From Roseofilum halophilum BLCC-M91 (lineage in GTDB: Bacteria > Cyanobacteriota > Cyanobacteriia > Cyanobacteriales > Desertifilaceae): 32,000 nucleotides of DNA. The translations under genes were made by a program, and so were the position numbers. A model generated the notes under the pieces. That model was not told the origin of the DNA and ran no database searches. It saw nothing but the letters and a program-made list of their open reading frames with translations. The stretch's first letter is position 1. Each line of letters begins with the position of its first letter. This document shows, piece by piece, positions 16,492-26,606 of the stretch. The stretch is from assembly GCF_030068445.1 (NCBI RefSeq), contig NZ_JAQPOK010000012.1, forward strand, positions 1 to 32,000, written 5' to 3'.

Positions 16492-17121
16492 ATGGGATTT
16501 CAACTGTTTAAAATGAATGTACCGCGCAATAGCCCTATTTTAAAACATCTCAGTATTCAGCCGGGCAAGTATATATTGAAATGGGACAACGTTAATGGTG
16601 ATTTAATATTTTTGTCTCAAAGGGGTACAGAAAAGCTTGCCTTAAAACTGTCCCCTGAAGAATTTAAAATGATGCAATTAATGATGGACAATCTCACAGA
16701 TAAGTACACATTTGATGAAGAGAAGCTAAAAGAATTTGTTAAACGTTCAGGAGGATTTTCATCAAAGGTAAAAGATTATGTAGGGCATCATATAATCCCT
16801 CTAGACTTATTCAAGACTAGCAAGTTACTCTTGGCAGTAAGTCCAAATAATAAAAAGGGGAACCCAATCCATATTAATTTTTATGAGAACCACCCTGCTA
16901 ATCGTCTTCCATTACCAGCTACTTTTCATAAGGGGTCACATGGTTCGTACAGTAACTTCGTTGAAGACTGCCTAGAAGGTGAATGGTCTGATATTGTTAA
17001 GTTTGGGTTGGAAAACGATAGGTCTCACATTGTAGAGATCATATATCAAATCATTATTTTTCTGAAAGATAAGATCCGGGAAATGCGAAAAGATGGGTTA
17101 GTTTCAATTAATGATATTTAG
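16492..17121 (+). CDS. Putative HNH/AHH-WHH-fold nuclease (toxin-like), stand-alone
   Basis: KVKDYVGHHIIPLDLF...NPIHINFYENHPANRLPLPATFHKGSHGSYSNFVEDCLE; starts 2 bp after the upstream stop with a gaggaat RBS-like sequence. Confidence 0.68.
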   Translation: MGFQLFKMNVPRNSPILKHLSIQPGKYILKWDNVNGDLIFLSQRGTEKLALKLSPEEFKMMQLMMDNLTDKYTFDEEKLKEFVKRSGGFSSKVKDYVGHHIIPLDLFKTSKLLLAVSPNNKKGNPIHINFYENHPANRLPLPATFHKGSHGSYSNFVEDCLEGEWSDIVKFGLENDRSHIVEIIYQIIIFLKDKIREMRKDGLVSINDI

Positions 17122-17156
17122 GGGGAAATGTCCCCAAGTCATGGCTTAAGCTTCTA

Positions 17157-17240
17157 CATCAACAGTATATTCTTTCAGCAATTCTAAGGAAATCACCGCT
17201 AAGGTGTTGAGATGGGTAGCGGATAGGACGACAGGTGGTA
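17157..17240 (-). pseudogene. Truncated duplicate of the DUF2237 gene 3' end
   Basis: Minus-strand reading ends ...LPPVVLSATHLNTLAVISLELLKEYTVD, matching VAPPVVLSATHFNTLATIPLELLKEYAVD of 18314-18691. Confidence 0.8.
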
Positions 17241-17317
17241 GATAAAAACCAGCGATCGCACTCAAACCGCTATCCTGATAAATACCAAGTTTTCCTAAAG
17301 CCACTCAGGGACAAGCA

Positions 17318-18277
17318 ATGACCGATTATGACTCCCCCTGGAAAGAAGCCATCTCTCTCTACTTTCCCGAATTCATGCGCTTCTTCTTCCCCAACATTGC
17401 CACAGACATCAACTGGAGTCGAGGATTTCAATTCCTCGACACCGAACTCCAGAAAATCAAGCGGGAAACCGAAACTGGGCGACGAGAGGCCGATAAACTC
17501 GTCCAAGTTTGGCAACATAATGGACAAGAAACCTGGGTTTTACTCCACATCGAAGTTCAATCTCAGCCCCAATCCGAATTTGCCGAACGCATGTATATTT
17601 ACAACTCTAGGCTCTTCGACACCTATCGTCGGCAAGTCGTCAGTTTAGCTGTCTTAGCCGACGAACGCCCCTCCTGGCGACCCCATCGCTACAAACGAAA
17701 ACTGTGGGGATGCAAATCGAGCTTAAACTTTCCCATCGTTAAGCTTCTGGACTACAATACGAGTGAATTAGACAGCAACCGAAACCCCTTTGCCGCCATA
17801 GTTCAGGCCCATAGAGCAGCTCAAGCGATGGGAAAGAACCCAGAAAAGGGCTATCAGAACAAACTCAGGTTAGTCAAAAGTCTCTATGAACGGGGATTAT
17901 CCCGCAAGGATATAGTAGAGCTATTTAGGCTCATCGACTGGCTGATGGAACTTCCAGAACCAGAAGAGCGGCGATTATGGACAGAACTGGAAACCTTAGA
18001 GAAGGAGAAAGTCATGCCTTATATTACCAGTGTTGAACGCTTTGGCATTGAGAAAGGACGTGCTGAGGAACGACAAGAATCTATCCTTCGGATCTTGGAA
18101 GTTCGTTTTGTGGAGGTTCCAGACGAGTTAAAAGAGCAAGTGAGGAAAATCGCCAGCTTGGAAGTGCTGGCAGAATTGTTGACTCAAGCTGTAACAGTCG
18201 AGTCTTTGCCGTCTTTCCAAACAGTAATTGATGAAGTGGCTACGTCAGTACAAGAGCCAGATCGCCGAGAAGAGTGA
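17318..18277 (+). CDS. Rpn family recombination-promoting nuclease/putative transposase (PD-(D/E)XK)
   Basis: EADKLVQVWQHNGQETWVLLHIEVQSQPQSEFAERMYIYNSRLFDTYRRQVVSLAVLAD; GLSRKDIVELFRLIDWLMELPEPEERRLWTELETLEKEK. Confidence 0.88.
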   Translation: MTDYDSPWKEAISLYFPEFMRFFFPNIATDINWSRGFQFLDTELQKIKRETETGRREADKLVQVWQHNGQETWVLLHIEVQSQPQSEFAERMYIYNSRLFDTYRRQVVSLAVLADERPSWRPHRYKRKLWGCKSSLNFPIVKLLDYNTSELDSNRNPFAAIVQAHRAAQAMGKNPEKGYQNKLRLVKSLYERGLSRKDIVELFRLIDWLMELPEPEERRLWTELETLEKEKVMPYITSVERFGIEKGRAEERQESILRILEVRFVEVPDELKEQVRKIASLEVLAELLTQAVTVESLPSFQTVIDEVATSVQEPDRREE

Positions 18278-18313
18278 TGTTTCTGTCTTCAACAATCTGA
18301 CGATCGATGGTTT

Positions 18314-18691
18314 TCAATCAACCGCATACTCTTTCAGCAATTCTAAGGGGATCGTGGCTAAGGTGTTGAAATGAGTAGCCGATAGAACCACGGGAGGCGC
18401 AACCCCAGCTTCGAGGGCTTCTTTCCAACGGGAGGCACATAAACACCAGCGATCGCCACTTTTAAGCCCCGGAAACCCATAGATCGGTACAGGGGTACTG
18501 AGGTCATTGCCCTGCTTGCGGGTATAATCCAGAAATTCATCCGTCACTTGGGCACAAACCACATGCAGACCGAAATCTCCCGGCCCGGTTTCGCAATATC
18601 CGGTGCGGTAATATCCCGTCATGGGGTCAGTGCAACAGGGTTGTAAGGGTTCACCGAATACGTTTTTGGCTTCAGATTGGGTTTCAGACAT
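18314..18691 (-). CDS. DUF2237 family protein
   Basis: NVFGEPLQPCCTDPMTGYYRTGYCETGPGDFGLHVVCAQVTDEFLDYTRKQGNDLSTPVPIYGFPGLKSGDRWCLCASRWKEAL. Confidence 0.88.
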   Translation of the reverse strand: MSETQSEAKNVFGEPLQPCCTDPMTGYYRTGYCETGPGDFGLHVVCAQVTDEFLDYTRKQGNDLSTPVPIYGFPGLKSGDRWCLCASRWKEALEAGVAPPVVLSATHFNTLATIPLELLKEYAVD

Positions 18692-18833
18692 GGGGGTTAA
18701 TGGAGTCGCTTTTGGGTTTATTTTAATCCTTCGTCAAGAGTTATGGATCTGTACCTGATTCAGCTACAATTCTAGGGGATCATTTCCTCACCCCCGATTA
18801 CCCATTACTGATTACCAGCGCCAAGCGCTATAG

Positions 18834-19628
18834 TTGATGAAAGTTGCCACTTGGAATGTTAACTCTATCCGTACCCGACTCGATATTGTTGTTAATTGGC
18901 TGCGGGAAAACCCGGTAGATGTGTTGGGGTTGCAGGAAACAAAGGTGATTGACGAACTGTTTCCGCGATCGCCCTTTGAAGAGGCAGGATATCATGTTTA
19001 TGTCTCTGGCCAAAAATCCTATAATGGTGTCGCCCTGATTACGCGATCGCCCCTTTCCGATGTCAGTACCGGTTTTACCCCCATTTTAGGCGCGGATCGG
19101 GTAGGAGAGTTTGACGAACAAAAGCGTTTAATTACCGGAGTCTTAGATAATATCCGCATTATCACCGTTTATGTGCCCAATGGCGGCGACTTTGAAAGTG
19201 ATAAATATTTCTATAAATTAGATTGGCTCTCGCTTCTACAAGATTATCTCGATATCCTCCTCAAACGCCATCCCCAAGGCCTATGTATTAGTGGTGATTT
19301 TAACATCGTTCCAGAAGATCGAGATGTGCATTTTGAAGTCTCCCCCAATAGCCAAAAAACCGGTATAACTCCCAAGGAAAGGGAAGCATTGCAACGGATT
19401 CTCAAATTGGGATTAGCCGATGCTTTCCGTAAATTCAACCAAGAAGAAGGTCAATATACTTGGTGGGATTATCGTCAAAATTCCTTTAAGCGTCAGCGAG
19501 GGTGGCGGATCGATCATCACTATTTATCGGCTCCATTAGGCGATCGCGCTTCAAGCTGTATCATCGATATCGCCCCTCGACATTTGACGAAACCGAGCGA
19601 TCATACTCCCGTAATTGTGGAGTTTTAA
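18834..19628 (+). CDS. xth: Exodeoxyribonuclease III
   Basis: [37 protein letters not shown]; [12 protein letters not shown]; [12 protein letters not shown]; [11 protein letters not shown]. Confidence 0.95.
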   Translation: MMKVATWNVNSIRTRLDIVVNWLRENPVDVLGLQETKVIDELFPRSPFEEAGYHVYVSGQKSYNGVALITRSPLSDVSTGFTPILGADRVGEFDEQKRLITGVLDNIRIITVYVPNGGDFESDKYFYKLDWLSLLQDYLDILLKRHPQGLCISGDFNIVPEDRDVHFEVSPNSQKTGITPKEREALQRILKLGLADAFRKFNQEEGQYTWWDYRQNSFKRQRGWRIDHHYLSAPLGDRASSCIIDIAPRHLTKPSDHTPVIVEF

Positions 19629-19641
19629 GCCCTATTTTTTT

Positions 19642-20277
19642 ATGATCCGAGTATTATTAGTAGACGATCAAAGCTTAGTCCGAGAAGGGTTATGTAGCCT
19701 TCTACAAACCAAAACCGATCTCGAAGTAATTGGAGCTGCTGAAAATGGAAAAATTGCCCTTGAACAAGCCATATCTTTACAACCGGATGTGATATTGATG
19801 GATGTGCGGATGCCTGTGATGGACGGCGTTGCCGCTACGAAAGCCTTGCAAGAACACTGTCCCCAGATTAAGGTTTTAGTCTTAACGACCTTTGACGATG
19901 ATGAGTATGTCACCCAAGCCGTGCGCTATGGCGCGAAGGGCTATTTATTAAAGGATACACCTTCAGAAGATTTAGCCGAAGCCATTCGAGCTGTTCATAA
20001 AGGCTACACCCATTTAGGGCCAGGATTGTTAGAAAAAATGCTCGCCAGTCAACCCGAACCAGAAGTGAATTCAGCGCCACCAGAATTGCAACTGTTAACT
20101 CCAAGGGAACAGGAAGTCTTGAAGCTTATTGGTGCAGGGTATAGTAACCGAGAAATTGCCCAAACCTTGTATATTTCCGAGCGCACGGTGAAAAATCATG
20201 TCGCGAATATCTTAAGTCGGCTCAATGTCCGCGATCGCACTCAAGCTGCTATTTTGATCAATACCAAATTTTCCTAA
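19642..20277 (+). CDS. NarL/FixJ-type response regulator, LuxR HTH output
   Basis: [17 protein letters not shown]...[21 protein letters not shown]...[48 protein letters not shown]; start at ATG 19642 rather than track start 19615. Confidence 0.95.
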   Translation: MIRVLLVDDQSLVREGLCSLLQTKTDLEVIGAAENGKIALEQAISLQPDVILMDVRMPVMDGVAATKALQEHCPQIKVLVLTTFDDDEYVTQAVRYGAKGYLLKDTPSEDLAEAIRAVHKGYTHLGPGLLEKMLASQPEPEVNSAPPELQLLTPREQEVLKLIGAGYSNREIAQTLYISERTVKNHVANILSRLNVRDRTQAAILINTKFS

Positions 20278-20304
20278 AACCCCTCATCGACAGAAAGAGT
20301 CAAG

Positions 20305-20808
20305 TTAACTGAGTTTTTTCACCATCCAAGTGGACAGGGGTTGGAAGCCTAACTTATCGTACAAGGCGATCGCCGCTTGATTTTGACGAAAGACTTGCAG
20401 ACTAATTTGCTGCTCTCCCCGCTCCTTGGCGTAAGTTTCCGCTTGCTCCATCAGTGCCGAACCCAGACCTTGGCGGCGGTGTTCCGGTAGGATATAGAGG
20501 AGGAAAATATGGGTATGTTGCTGTCCATTCACCTGATCGACTGCGTTGCCCATCCATAAACAGCCAATGGGTTGAGAGCGGGGAGTCGAAGAGAGGAAAT
20601 CAGAAATTTGCGGATCTTCCACTTTCTCCACCCACCAGAGGGGAGTCGTCTGGGCAAAATGTAACTCGATCGCCTGATTTAAATGGGAAAAATCCTGTCC
20701 CGGAAACAACTCCTCATAGGTTTTGTGCATAAAGCTAATTAGCATGTCGCGCTCCATCACCCATCCGGCGCGAATGCGATAGCCTGGAATCAATTCATTT
20801 TGTGCCAT
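20305..20808 (-). CDS. GNAT family N-acetyltransferase
   Basis: HIFLLYILPEHRRQGLGSALMEQAETYAKERGEQQISLQVFRQNQAAIALYDKLGFQPLS. Confidence 0.92.
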   Translation of the reverse strand: MAQNELIPGYRIRAGWVMERDMLISFMHKTYEELFPGQDFSHLNQAIELHFAQTTPLWWVEKVEDPQISDFLSSTPRSQPIGCLWMGNAVDQVNGQQHTHIFLLYILPEHRRQGLGSALMEQAETYAKERGEQQISLQVFRQNQAAIALYDKLGFQPLSTWMVKKLS

Positions 20809-20881
20809 TTACCAACGAGAAACTCAGAGTCAAACTCTATCCTAGGGCAAAACTGTACCCTATTACCCTTGTGCCGCCCAT

Positions 20882-21274
20882 TCATGTCCGTGAAGCTCGA
20901 AGGGCTATATGTTGTTTCAGCACATCTAAACGAGAAATATCCCAAGTATCGATATGGGAGCAAATTAAGCCATTTTCATTGATTTTGAGTTCGCTCGATC
21001 CAGGAATAGAAATACGGGGTTTCCAGGGGAGGGGAGTATTCCAGTGCAATGTCCATCGGGTGTGGATAGTGTTTCCATCTTGCTCGATGTGATGTAAGTC
21101 CATTTTGATATTGAAGAACCAGCGTTCCATCAAGGAGATCATCTGCTGATAGCGATCGCCTCCCCGAAATTCGGTCATTGGATCTTTAAAATACACATTT
21201 TCTGCGTAAATATCATAATTTTGATTGACCGGAAACCGTTCATAGTCTGCTTTGAGAATATCAATTATTTCCAT
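20882..21274 (-). CDS. DUF2358-like / NTF2-fold small protein
   Basis: MEIIDILKADYERFPVNQNYDIYAENVYFKDPMTEFRGGDRYQQMISLMERWF...HTRWTLHWNTPLPWKPRISIPGSSELKINENGLICSHIDTWD. Confidence 0.75.
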   Translation of the reverse strand: MEIIDILKADYERFPVNQNYDIYAENVYFKDPMTEFRGGDRYQQMISLMERWFFNIKMDLHHIEQDGNTIHTRWTLHWNTPLPWKPRISIPGSSELKINENGLICSHIDTWDISRLDVLKQHIALRASRT

Positions 21275-21361
21275 AGAACTAGCGCTTTCTTCTGGTAGTT
21301 GTATAATTACAGAGAAATAGTATGCATTGAAAACCTAACCTCGCGATCGCACAGATTCACC

Positions 21362-22405
21362 ATGGTTGCCTTGTCTCCAGAACTGCAAGCTCGACTCTCG
21401 TCCCCCCTGAAAATTGGCACGGTAGAAGTCAACTCTAGGGTATTACAATCGCCCCTATCGGGGGTGACGGATTTGGTCTTTCGTCGCTTAGTGCGTCGCT
21501 ATGCTCCCAGTTCCATGATGTATACGGAAATGGTGAATGCTACGGGATTGCATTATGTGCGGGAGTTGCCAAAACTGATGGAAGTAGACCCCCACGAGCG
21601 CCCCATTAGTATTCAGCTCTTTGACTGTCGGCCGGATTTTTTGTCCGAGGCGGCACAGATGGCGGTGGAAGAAGGGGCCGATACGGTAGATATTAACATG
21701 GGCTGTCCCGTGAATAAGATTACTAAAAATGGGGGGGGTTCCTCCTTGTTACGAGAGCCGGAAGTAGCCGAGGCGATCGTGCGGGAAGTGGTGGCAGCCG
21801 TTGAGGTTCCGGTAACCGTAAAAACCCGGATTGGCTGGTCAAATCAGGAAATTAATATTTTGGAGTTTGCCCAACGGATGCAGGATGCGGGAGCGCAGAT
21901 GTTGACCCTCCACGGCCGCACTCGGGCCCAGGGGTATAATGGGCCGGCCCGTTGGGAATGGATCGCGAAGGTGAAGGAAGTTTTGTCGATTCCGGTGATT
22001 GCCAATGGGGATATTTTTTCCGTGGAAGCGGCGGTGCGTTGTTTGGAGGAAACGAAAGCGGATGGGGTGATGTGTTCGCGGGGAACGTTGGGGTATCCGT
22101 TTTTGGTAGGCGAGATTGATTATTTTTTGAAGACAGGGGAAATCTTACCCCAACCGACGGCGATCGAGCGCTTAGAATGTGCCAAGGAGCATTTGCGGGC
22201 ATTGTATGAGTATAAGGGCGATCGCGGCATTCGTCAGGCCCGTAAACACATGACCTGGTACGCCAAAGAGTTCTATGGTGCCGGAGAATTGCGGGGTAAG
22301 TTAGCCCGGATAGAATCGGTGGAAGACGGGGTAACCTTATTAGAAGGGGCGATCGCCAAACTGATAGAATTAGACCTCGATCCAGCTCCTGTATCCGTGG
22401 GCTAG
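21362..22405 (+). CDS. dusB: tRNA-dihydrouridine synthase (DusB-like)
   Basis: LQSPLSGVTDLVFRRLVRRY; DINMGCPVNKITKNGGGSSLL; VPVTVKTRIGW; MLTLHGRTRAQGYNGPARW; VIANGDIFS; GVMCSRGTLGYPFLV. Confidence 0.95.
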   Translation: MVALSPELQARLSSPLKIGTVEVNSRVLQSPLSGVTDLVFRRLVRRYAPSSMMYTEMVNATGLHYVRELPKLMEVDPHERPISIQLFDCRPDFLSEAAQMAVEEGADTVDINMGCPVNKITKNGGGSSLLREPEVAEAIVREVVAAVEVPVTVKTRIGWSNQEINILEFAQRMQDAGAQMLTLHGRTRAQGYNGPARWEWIAKVKEVLSIPVIANGDIFSVEAAVRCLEETKADGVMCSRGTLGYPFLVGEIDYFLKTGEILPQPTAIERLECAKEHLRALYEYKGDRGIRQARKHMTWYAKEFYGAGELRGKLARIESVEDGVTLLEGAIAKLIELDLDPAPVSVG

Positions 22406-22479
22406 TTTTCTCCAGTTTCCGGGAGATCGGCCGCAGTAGTGTGTATTCTCAAGAATGGCATTTAGACAGGAATGTGGTT

Positions 22480-22869
22480 ATGAAAGCGCTAAAAATGGTG
22501 GCTTTAGTTGGAGGAGTGGCGATCGCCACCCTCACCGGAGCAATGGTCGCCACCAACCCCAAATCCCCCAACTATGAAGAATTTGCCTCCCAACAGTTAG
22601 TCGAATATCTGCAAGAAAACGTTTGCGACAAAACCAACCAAACCCTCGGTAACATCCTGCAACAATCTTGTGATAACTTCCTCCAAGAGGCTCGACCCCA
22701 ACTGCAAACCATCATTGCCCAACGCACCGAACGCCAAAACTATATACTATTCAGTATCTATCGAACTAACCTTTCAGTTGCCGCCTTTCTGCCTGCCTAC
22801 GAATTTGAAACCCTAGGGGTTTTTTCCAATTTCCATATCTTAAAGGCAGAAGAAACATCAGCCCCATAA
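22480..22869 (+). CDS. Small secreted/membrane-anchored DUF4359-like protein
   Basis: N-terminal hydrophobic signal MVALVGGVAIATLTGAMVATNP; NYEEFASQQLVEYLQENVCDK; internal ATG after RBS-like gene start. Confidence 0.7.
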   Translation: MKALKMVALVGGVAIATLTGAMVATNPKSPNYEEFASQQLVEYLQENVCDKTNQTLGNILQQSCDNFLQEARPQLQTIIAQRTERQNYILFSIYRTNLSVAAFLPAYEFETLGVFSNFHILKAEETSAP

Positions 22870-22896
22870 CGTCATCTTCCTAGTCAGGATACTCCC

Positions 22897-24429
22897 ATGA
22901 GTTACTGTGTCAACCCCGACTGCAAATCCCCCCAAAATCCCGATAGCGCTAAATTTTGCTCCAGTTGTGGGACTTCCCTCTATCTCCGACAACGCTATCG
23001 GCCCGTGACCCAACTCGGTCAAGGAGGATTTGGTAAAACCTTTATTGCCATTGATGAAGATATTCCCTCCCAACCTCTACGGGTCGTTAAACAACTCTAC
23101 CTCAAAGGCTTTAGCGATCAAGTCGTTCATAAAGCCCAACGGTTATTTCGCCAAGAAGCCGTTCGCCTCGATGAGCTAGGAAAACACGATCAAATTCCCG
23201 ATTTACTCGCCCATTTTGAGCAAGATAAACAGCTCTATTTAGTCCAGGAGTTTGTGGACGGCCCCACCTTAGCTCAGGAACTCCAGCAAAAAGGAGCCTA
23301 TGAACCCGAAGAAATTGAACAACTCCTGCGAGATCTTTTACCCGTTTTGCAGTTTGTCCATGACAATAATGTGATTCATCGGGACATTAAACCCCAAAAC
23401 ATCATCCGCCGCAAACGCGATAATTTACCCGTATTAATTGATTTTGGTGTCTCTAAATGGGTCTCCCAAACCACCTTAAATCAAACAGGAACCATCGTGG
23501 GCAGTGCCGAATATATGCCCTTAGAACAATTGCGAGGCAAGGTATTTCCGGCCAGTGATTTATATAGTTTAGGAGCCACTTGTTTGCATTTGCTCACCGG
23601 ATTGCCTCCCTTAGAACTCTATGATATTGCCAATGAAAAATGGGTATGGCGAGATTATTTACTACCAGAAAAACGGGTGAATTTATATTTGGCCGAAACC
23701 CTCGATCGCATGGTCTCTCGGAACTTAAATCAGCGTTTTCAATCGGTCTCCGATGTATTGTCTGTACTCTCGGTTACCCCTGGTTCCTTAATGGCCGTTG
23801 CTCCACCCAAACCCAAAACCCCTAAACCCGTCACCCCTCGTCCCGCTTCTAGTCGAACTGCGCTGAGTAACCAACCGACAGAACTCTCCACAAAAATCTC
23901 CACGAAACTCCCCAGCAAAACCTTTAACCCCCTTCATGTGGTGAAAACTTGGGTCTTTGGCTCCTCGGAAATATCCGCAGAATTAACTTCTGTCGTTGGT
24001 GTGGATTATACAAAGTTGCAAGGTTTCTTGCAACTCAAACGCTGGAAAGCAGCCGATGAAGAAACCTGGAACTGTCTGCATCAAGCCGCAGGTAAACCCC
24101 TGAGTCGCTTTTTAGCCCCCCGCGATATTACGAAGATTCCCTGTGAAGATTTGCAGACAGTCGATCGACTGTGGCTAGAAGCGAGCGAGGGACGCTTTGG
24201 ATTTACGCTTCAGGTTCAGGTGTATCAACAGTCGGCAGAGGAGTATTTTCAGTTCTGTCAAGCCGTAACATGGCCCTTACGACCGGGTGGTAATGCGGAG
24301 GACTATATTCAGTATAAAAATAATGCTCCAGTCGCTCACCTGCCCTCCCCCATTCGCTTCAAAGGATCGGATTGGTCAAAGCATGTGGAGGCGATCGCCT
24401 CTAAGTGTATTAGTTGCGGCTTAGTTTAG
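22897..24429 (+). CDS. Serine/threonine protein kinase with N-terminal zinc ribbon and C-terminal GUN4-like domain
   Basis: CVNPDCKSPQNPDSAKFCSSCG; kinase motifs YRPVTQLGQGGFGKTF, VIHRDIKPQNII, VLIDFGVSK; C-terminus GVDYTKLQGFLQLKRWKAADEETWNCLHQAAG...IPCEDLQTVDRLWLEASEGRFGFTLQVQVYQ. Confidence 0.93.
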   Translation: MSYCVNPDCKSPQNPDSAKFCSSCGTSLYLRQRYRPVTQLGQGGFGKTFIAIDEDIPSQPLRVVKQLYLKGFSDQVVHKAQRLFRQEAVRLDELGKHDQIPDLLAHFEQDKQLYLVQEFVDGPTLAQELQQKGAYEPEEIEQLLRDLLPVLQFVHDNNVIHRDIKPQNIIRRKRDNLPVLIDFGVSKWVSQTTLNQTGTIVGSAEYMPLEQLRGKVFPASDLYSLGATCLHLLTGLPPLELYDIANEKWVWRDYLLPEKRVNLYLAETLDRMVSRNLNQRFQSVSDVLSVLSVTPGSLMAVAPPKPKTPKPVTPRPASSRTALSNQPTELSTKISTKLPSKTFNPLHVVKTWVFGSSEISAELTSVVGVDYTKLQGFLQLKRWKAADEETWNCLHQAAGKPLSRFLAPRDITKIPCEDLQTVDRLWLEASEGRFGFTLQVQVYQQSAEEYFQFCQAVTWPLRPGGNAEDYIQYKNNAPVAHLPSPIRFKGSDWSKHVEAIASKCISCGLV

Positions 24430-24577
24430 CGATCGGCTCACGGGAGAGTACAATGGTGAGGGAATGGGGGAATAGGGATATAACATAGACCTCGGCTGCA
24501 CATTATTAACTCATCTGACAGGTGTCTAATGTTGGATGACCCATAACCACCCATTACCCCTGGGCAGCACTTGATCT

Positions 24578-24988
24578 TTATTCTTCTTGGGGAATAAAGT
24601 CTAAGGCCGCAGAATTCATACAATAGCGTAACCCCGTGGGAGCAGGGCCATCAGGGAAGACGTGGCCAAGATGGGCATCACAGGCAGCACAGAGAACTTC
24701 AGTGCGCTTCATGAAAAAGCTCCAATCATCTTTAGTGGCAATATGTTCTTCCTTGCTGGGGGCCCAAAAACTGGGCCAACCCGTACCCGAATCACATTTC
24801 GTTTCTGAGGTAAATAATTCTGTCCCACAACAGATGCATTGATAGGTTCCGGGTGTTTTATTGTTATAGTAAGCACCGGTAAATGCCGGTTCTGTACCCT
24901 TTTTGCGGGTGACCTTAAATTGCTCTGGGGTCAATTGAGCCTTCCATTCGGCTTCTGATTTCGAGATTTTTTCCACTGGCTTCACCAT
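24578..24988 (-). CDS. msrB: Peptide-methionine (R)-S-oxide reductase
   Basis: [47 protein letters not shown]...[35 protein letters not shown]. Confidence 0.96.
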   Translation of the reverse strand: MVKPVEKISKSEAEWKAQLTPEQFKVTRKKGTEPAFTGAYYNNKTPGTYQCICCGTELFTSETKCDSGTGWPSFWAPSKEEHIATKDDWSFFMKRTEVLCAACDAHLGHVFPDGPAPTGLRYCMNSAALDFIPQEE

Positions 24989-25063
24989 ACACGACGATAG
25001 AATTAAGATACCATTGCGATCAAAGCATAAGCTAAATAAACTAAAGCTATTGATCCATAATTC

Positions 25064-26530
25064 GTGATTGCCATGATTCGGATTGGAAATTGGAAGCTCC
25101 GTTATTGGATTCTGACAGGTTATGCAATTCCACTCGGTGCGATCGCCCTCTCAACGATCTTAACTGCAATCAGTTTGAATGCGGTGCAACAGCGTAGCCA
25201 TACCTTAGAATTGTTTAATCGGATTGAATATCGCATTGCCCGAATTTACACAGATGTTAAAAATATTTCCATCCTGACGCGAGGATATCTACTCTCCCAG
25301 GAATCTCAAGTTCTCGATAGCATTACTAATTTGCGAGAGGTTTATACGAAGGATTTGGATCTTTTAGAAGAATTGATGGCCCAACAGGGACGGGAAGGAG
25401 AAGTGCAAGAAATTCGCCAGTCGATCCGGTTTCTGAGAAGTGCGAATAATCAACTCTTAGACACAGCCCGTGGGGGAGATGTGGAGGGGGCGATCGCCGC
25501 CTGGCGGAGCGGAGTGGCACGTGAGGAAGCCGAAGAATTGTCTGAACAGGTACAACGGCTATTCGAGCGCAATAATGATTTGACGGGGCGTGCAAGTCAG
25601 GAACAGGCCAAAGCCATTCAAAGACTTTCATTTTCAATTTGGGCGATCGCCTTTTCAGCGATATCCCTTTCCTTATTAGCCGCCTGGAGAACCTTCCAGA
25701 GAACCACTCGGCAAATGGACGCATCCGCTCAGGCGATCGTCCATTCATCGGCGGCGATCGGAGAAACCGCAACCGTACAAGAGCAAAACACCCAACAACA
25801 AGCCAGCTCGATTCGAGAAACTGATATCACCATGGGCAATCTGCGCTCAAGTTCCCAGCACTCTGCCCAACAAGCTGCCTCTGCACAGACAGAAGCCGAG
25901 CAAGCCCGACAATTGGCTGAACGGGGACGACAAGTTGTCGCCCACACCCTAACCCAGATGATGGAACTCCAAAAACAGGTCACAGCCGTCACGGAAGATA
26001 TTAACGGGTTACGAGAGAAAACCGCACAAATTCAAACCATTTCCGATTTAGTCGGCGAATTAGCCGAACAAACCAATATGCTGGCCCTAAATGCCGCCGT
26101 AGAAGCAGTACGAGCAGGCGATCGCGGTCGTGGGTTTACCGTGGTTTCTGAAGCCATTCGCAACCTTGCCGATCGCAGCAAAACATCCGCCTTAGAAATC
26201 AGCGCTTTGATCGCCGATATTCAAAAAACCACCGGTAACACCGCCCAGAGTGCCACAGCAAGCGCTCGATCTGCCCATTCAGGAGTCGAAAGTATGCGGG
26301 AAACAGCCGAAGTGTTTCAAGGTGTGACCATCGCCGTGGAAAAAATTGCCACCAACAGCCAGACCATTGCCATTCACCTGCAAGAGCAAGCCGCCGCGAT
26401 CGAACAAATCTCAGTCGCCATGACCGATCTCAAACAAACGGCACAGCAGACAGTACAAGGCATTCAGCAGGTTAAAGTTGGGACACAACAATTAAATGCG
26501 GCGGCCGTCGATCTGCAAGCATTTGTCTGA
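25064..26530 (+). CDS. Methyl-accepting chemotaxis-like protein
   Basis: Two TM segments flanking a periplasmic CHASE3-like region; hallmark hairpin [47 protein letters not shown]. Confidence 0.93.
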   Translation: MIAMIRIGNWKLRYWILTGYAIPLGAIALSTILTAISLNAVQQRSHTLELFNRIEYRIARIYTDVKNISILTRGYLLSQESQVLDSITNLREVYTKDLDLLEELMAQQGREGEVQEIRQSIRFLRSANNQLLDTARGGDVEGAIAAWRSGVAREEAEELSEQVQRLFERNNDLTGRASQEQAKAIQRLSFSIWAIAFSAISLSLLAAWRTFQRTTRQMDASAQAIVHSSAAIGETATVQEQNTQQQASSIRETDITMGNLRSSSQHSAQQAASAQTEAEQARQLAERGRQVVAHTLTQMMELQKQVTAVTEDINGLREKTAQIQTISDLVGELAEQTNMLALNAAVEAVRAGDRGRGFTVVSEAIRNLADRSKTSALEISALIADIQKTTGNTAQSATASARSAHSGVESMRETAEVFQGVTIAVEKIATNSQTIAIHLQEQAAAIEQISVAMTDLKQTAQQTVQGIQQVKVGTQQLNAAAVDLQAFV

Positions 26531-26606
26531 CCTCAAGGGTTGACATCAATCAAAAATTTTCACCACTATGATTACCAATCATCATAGGGTGGGCAGCAGA
26601 AGGGAG

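Noticed and set aside
17270-17648. Shadow ORFs (17270-17527 minus, 17328-17648 plus)
   Set aside because: Overlap the intact Rpn-family gene, whose EADKLVQV...HIEVQSQ motif identifies the true frame.
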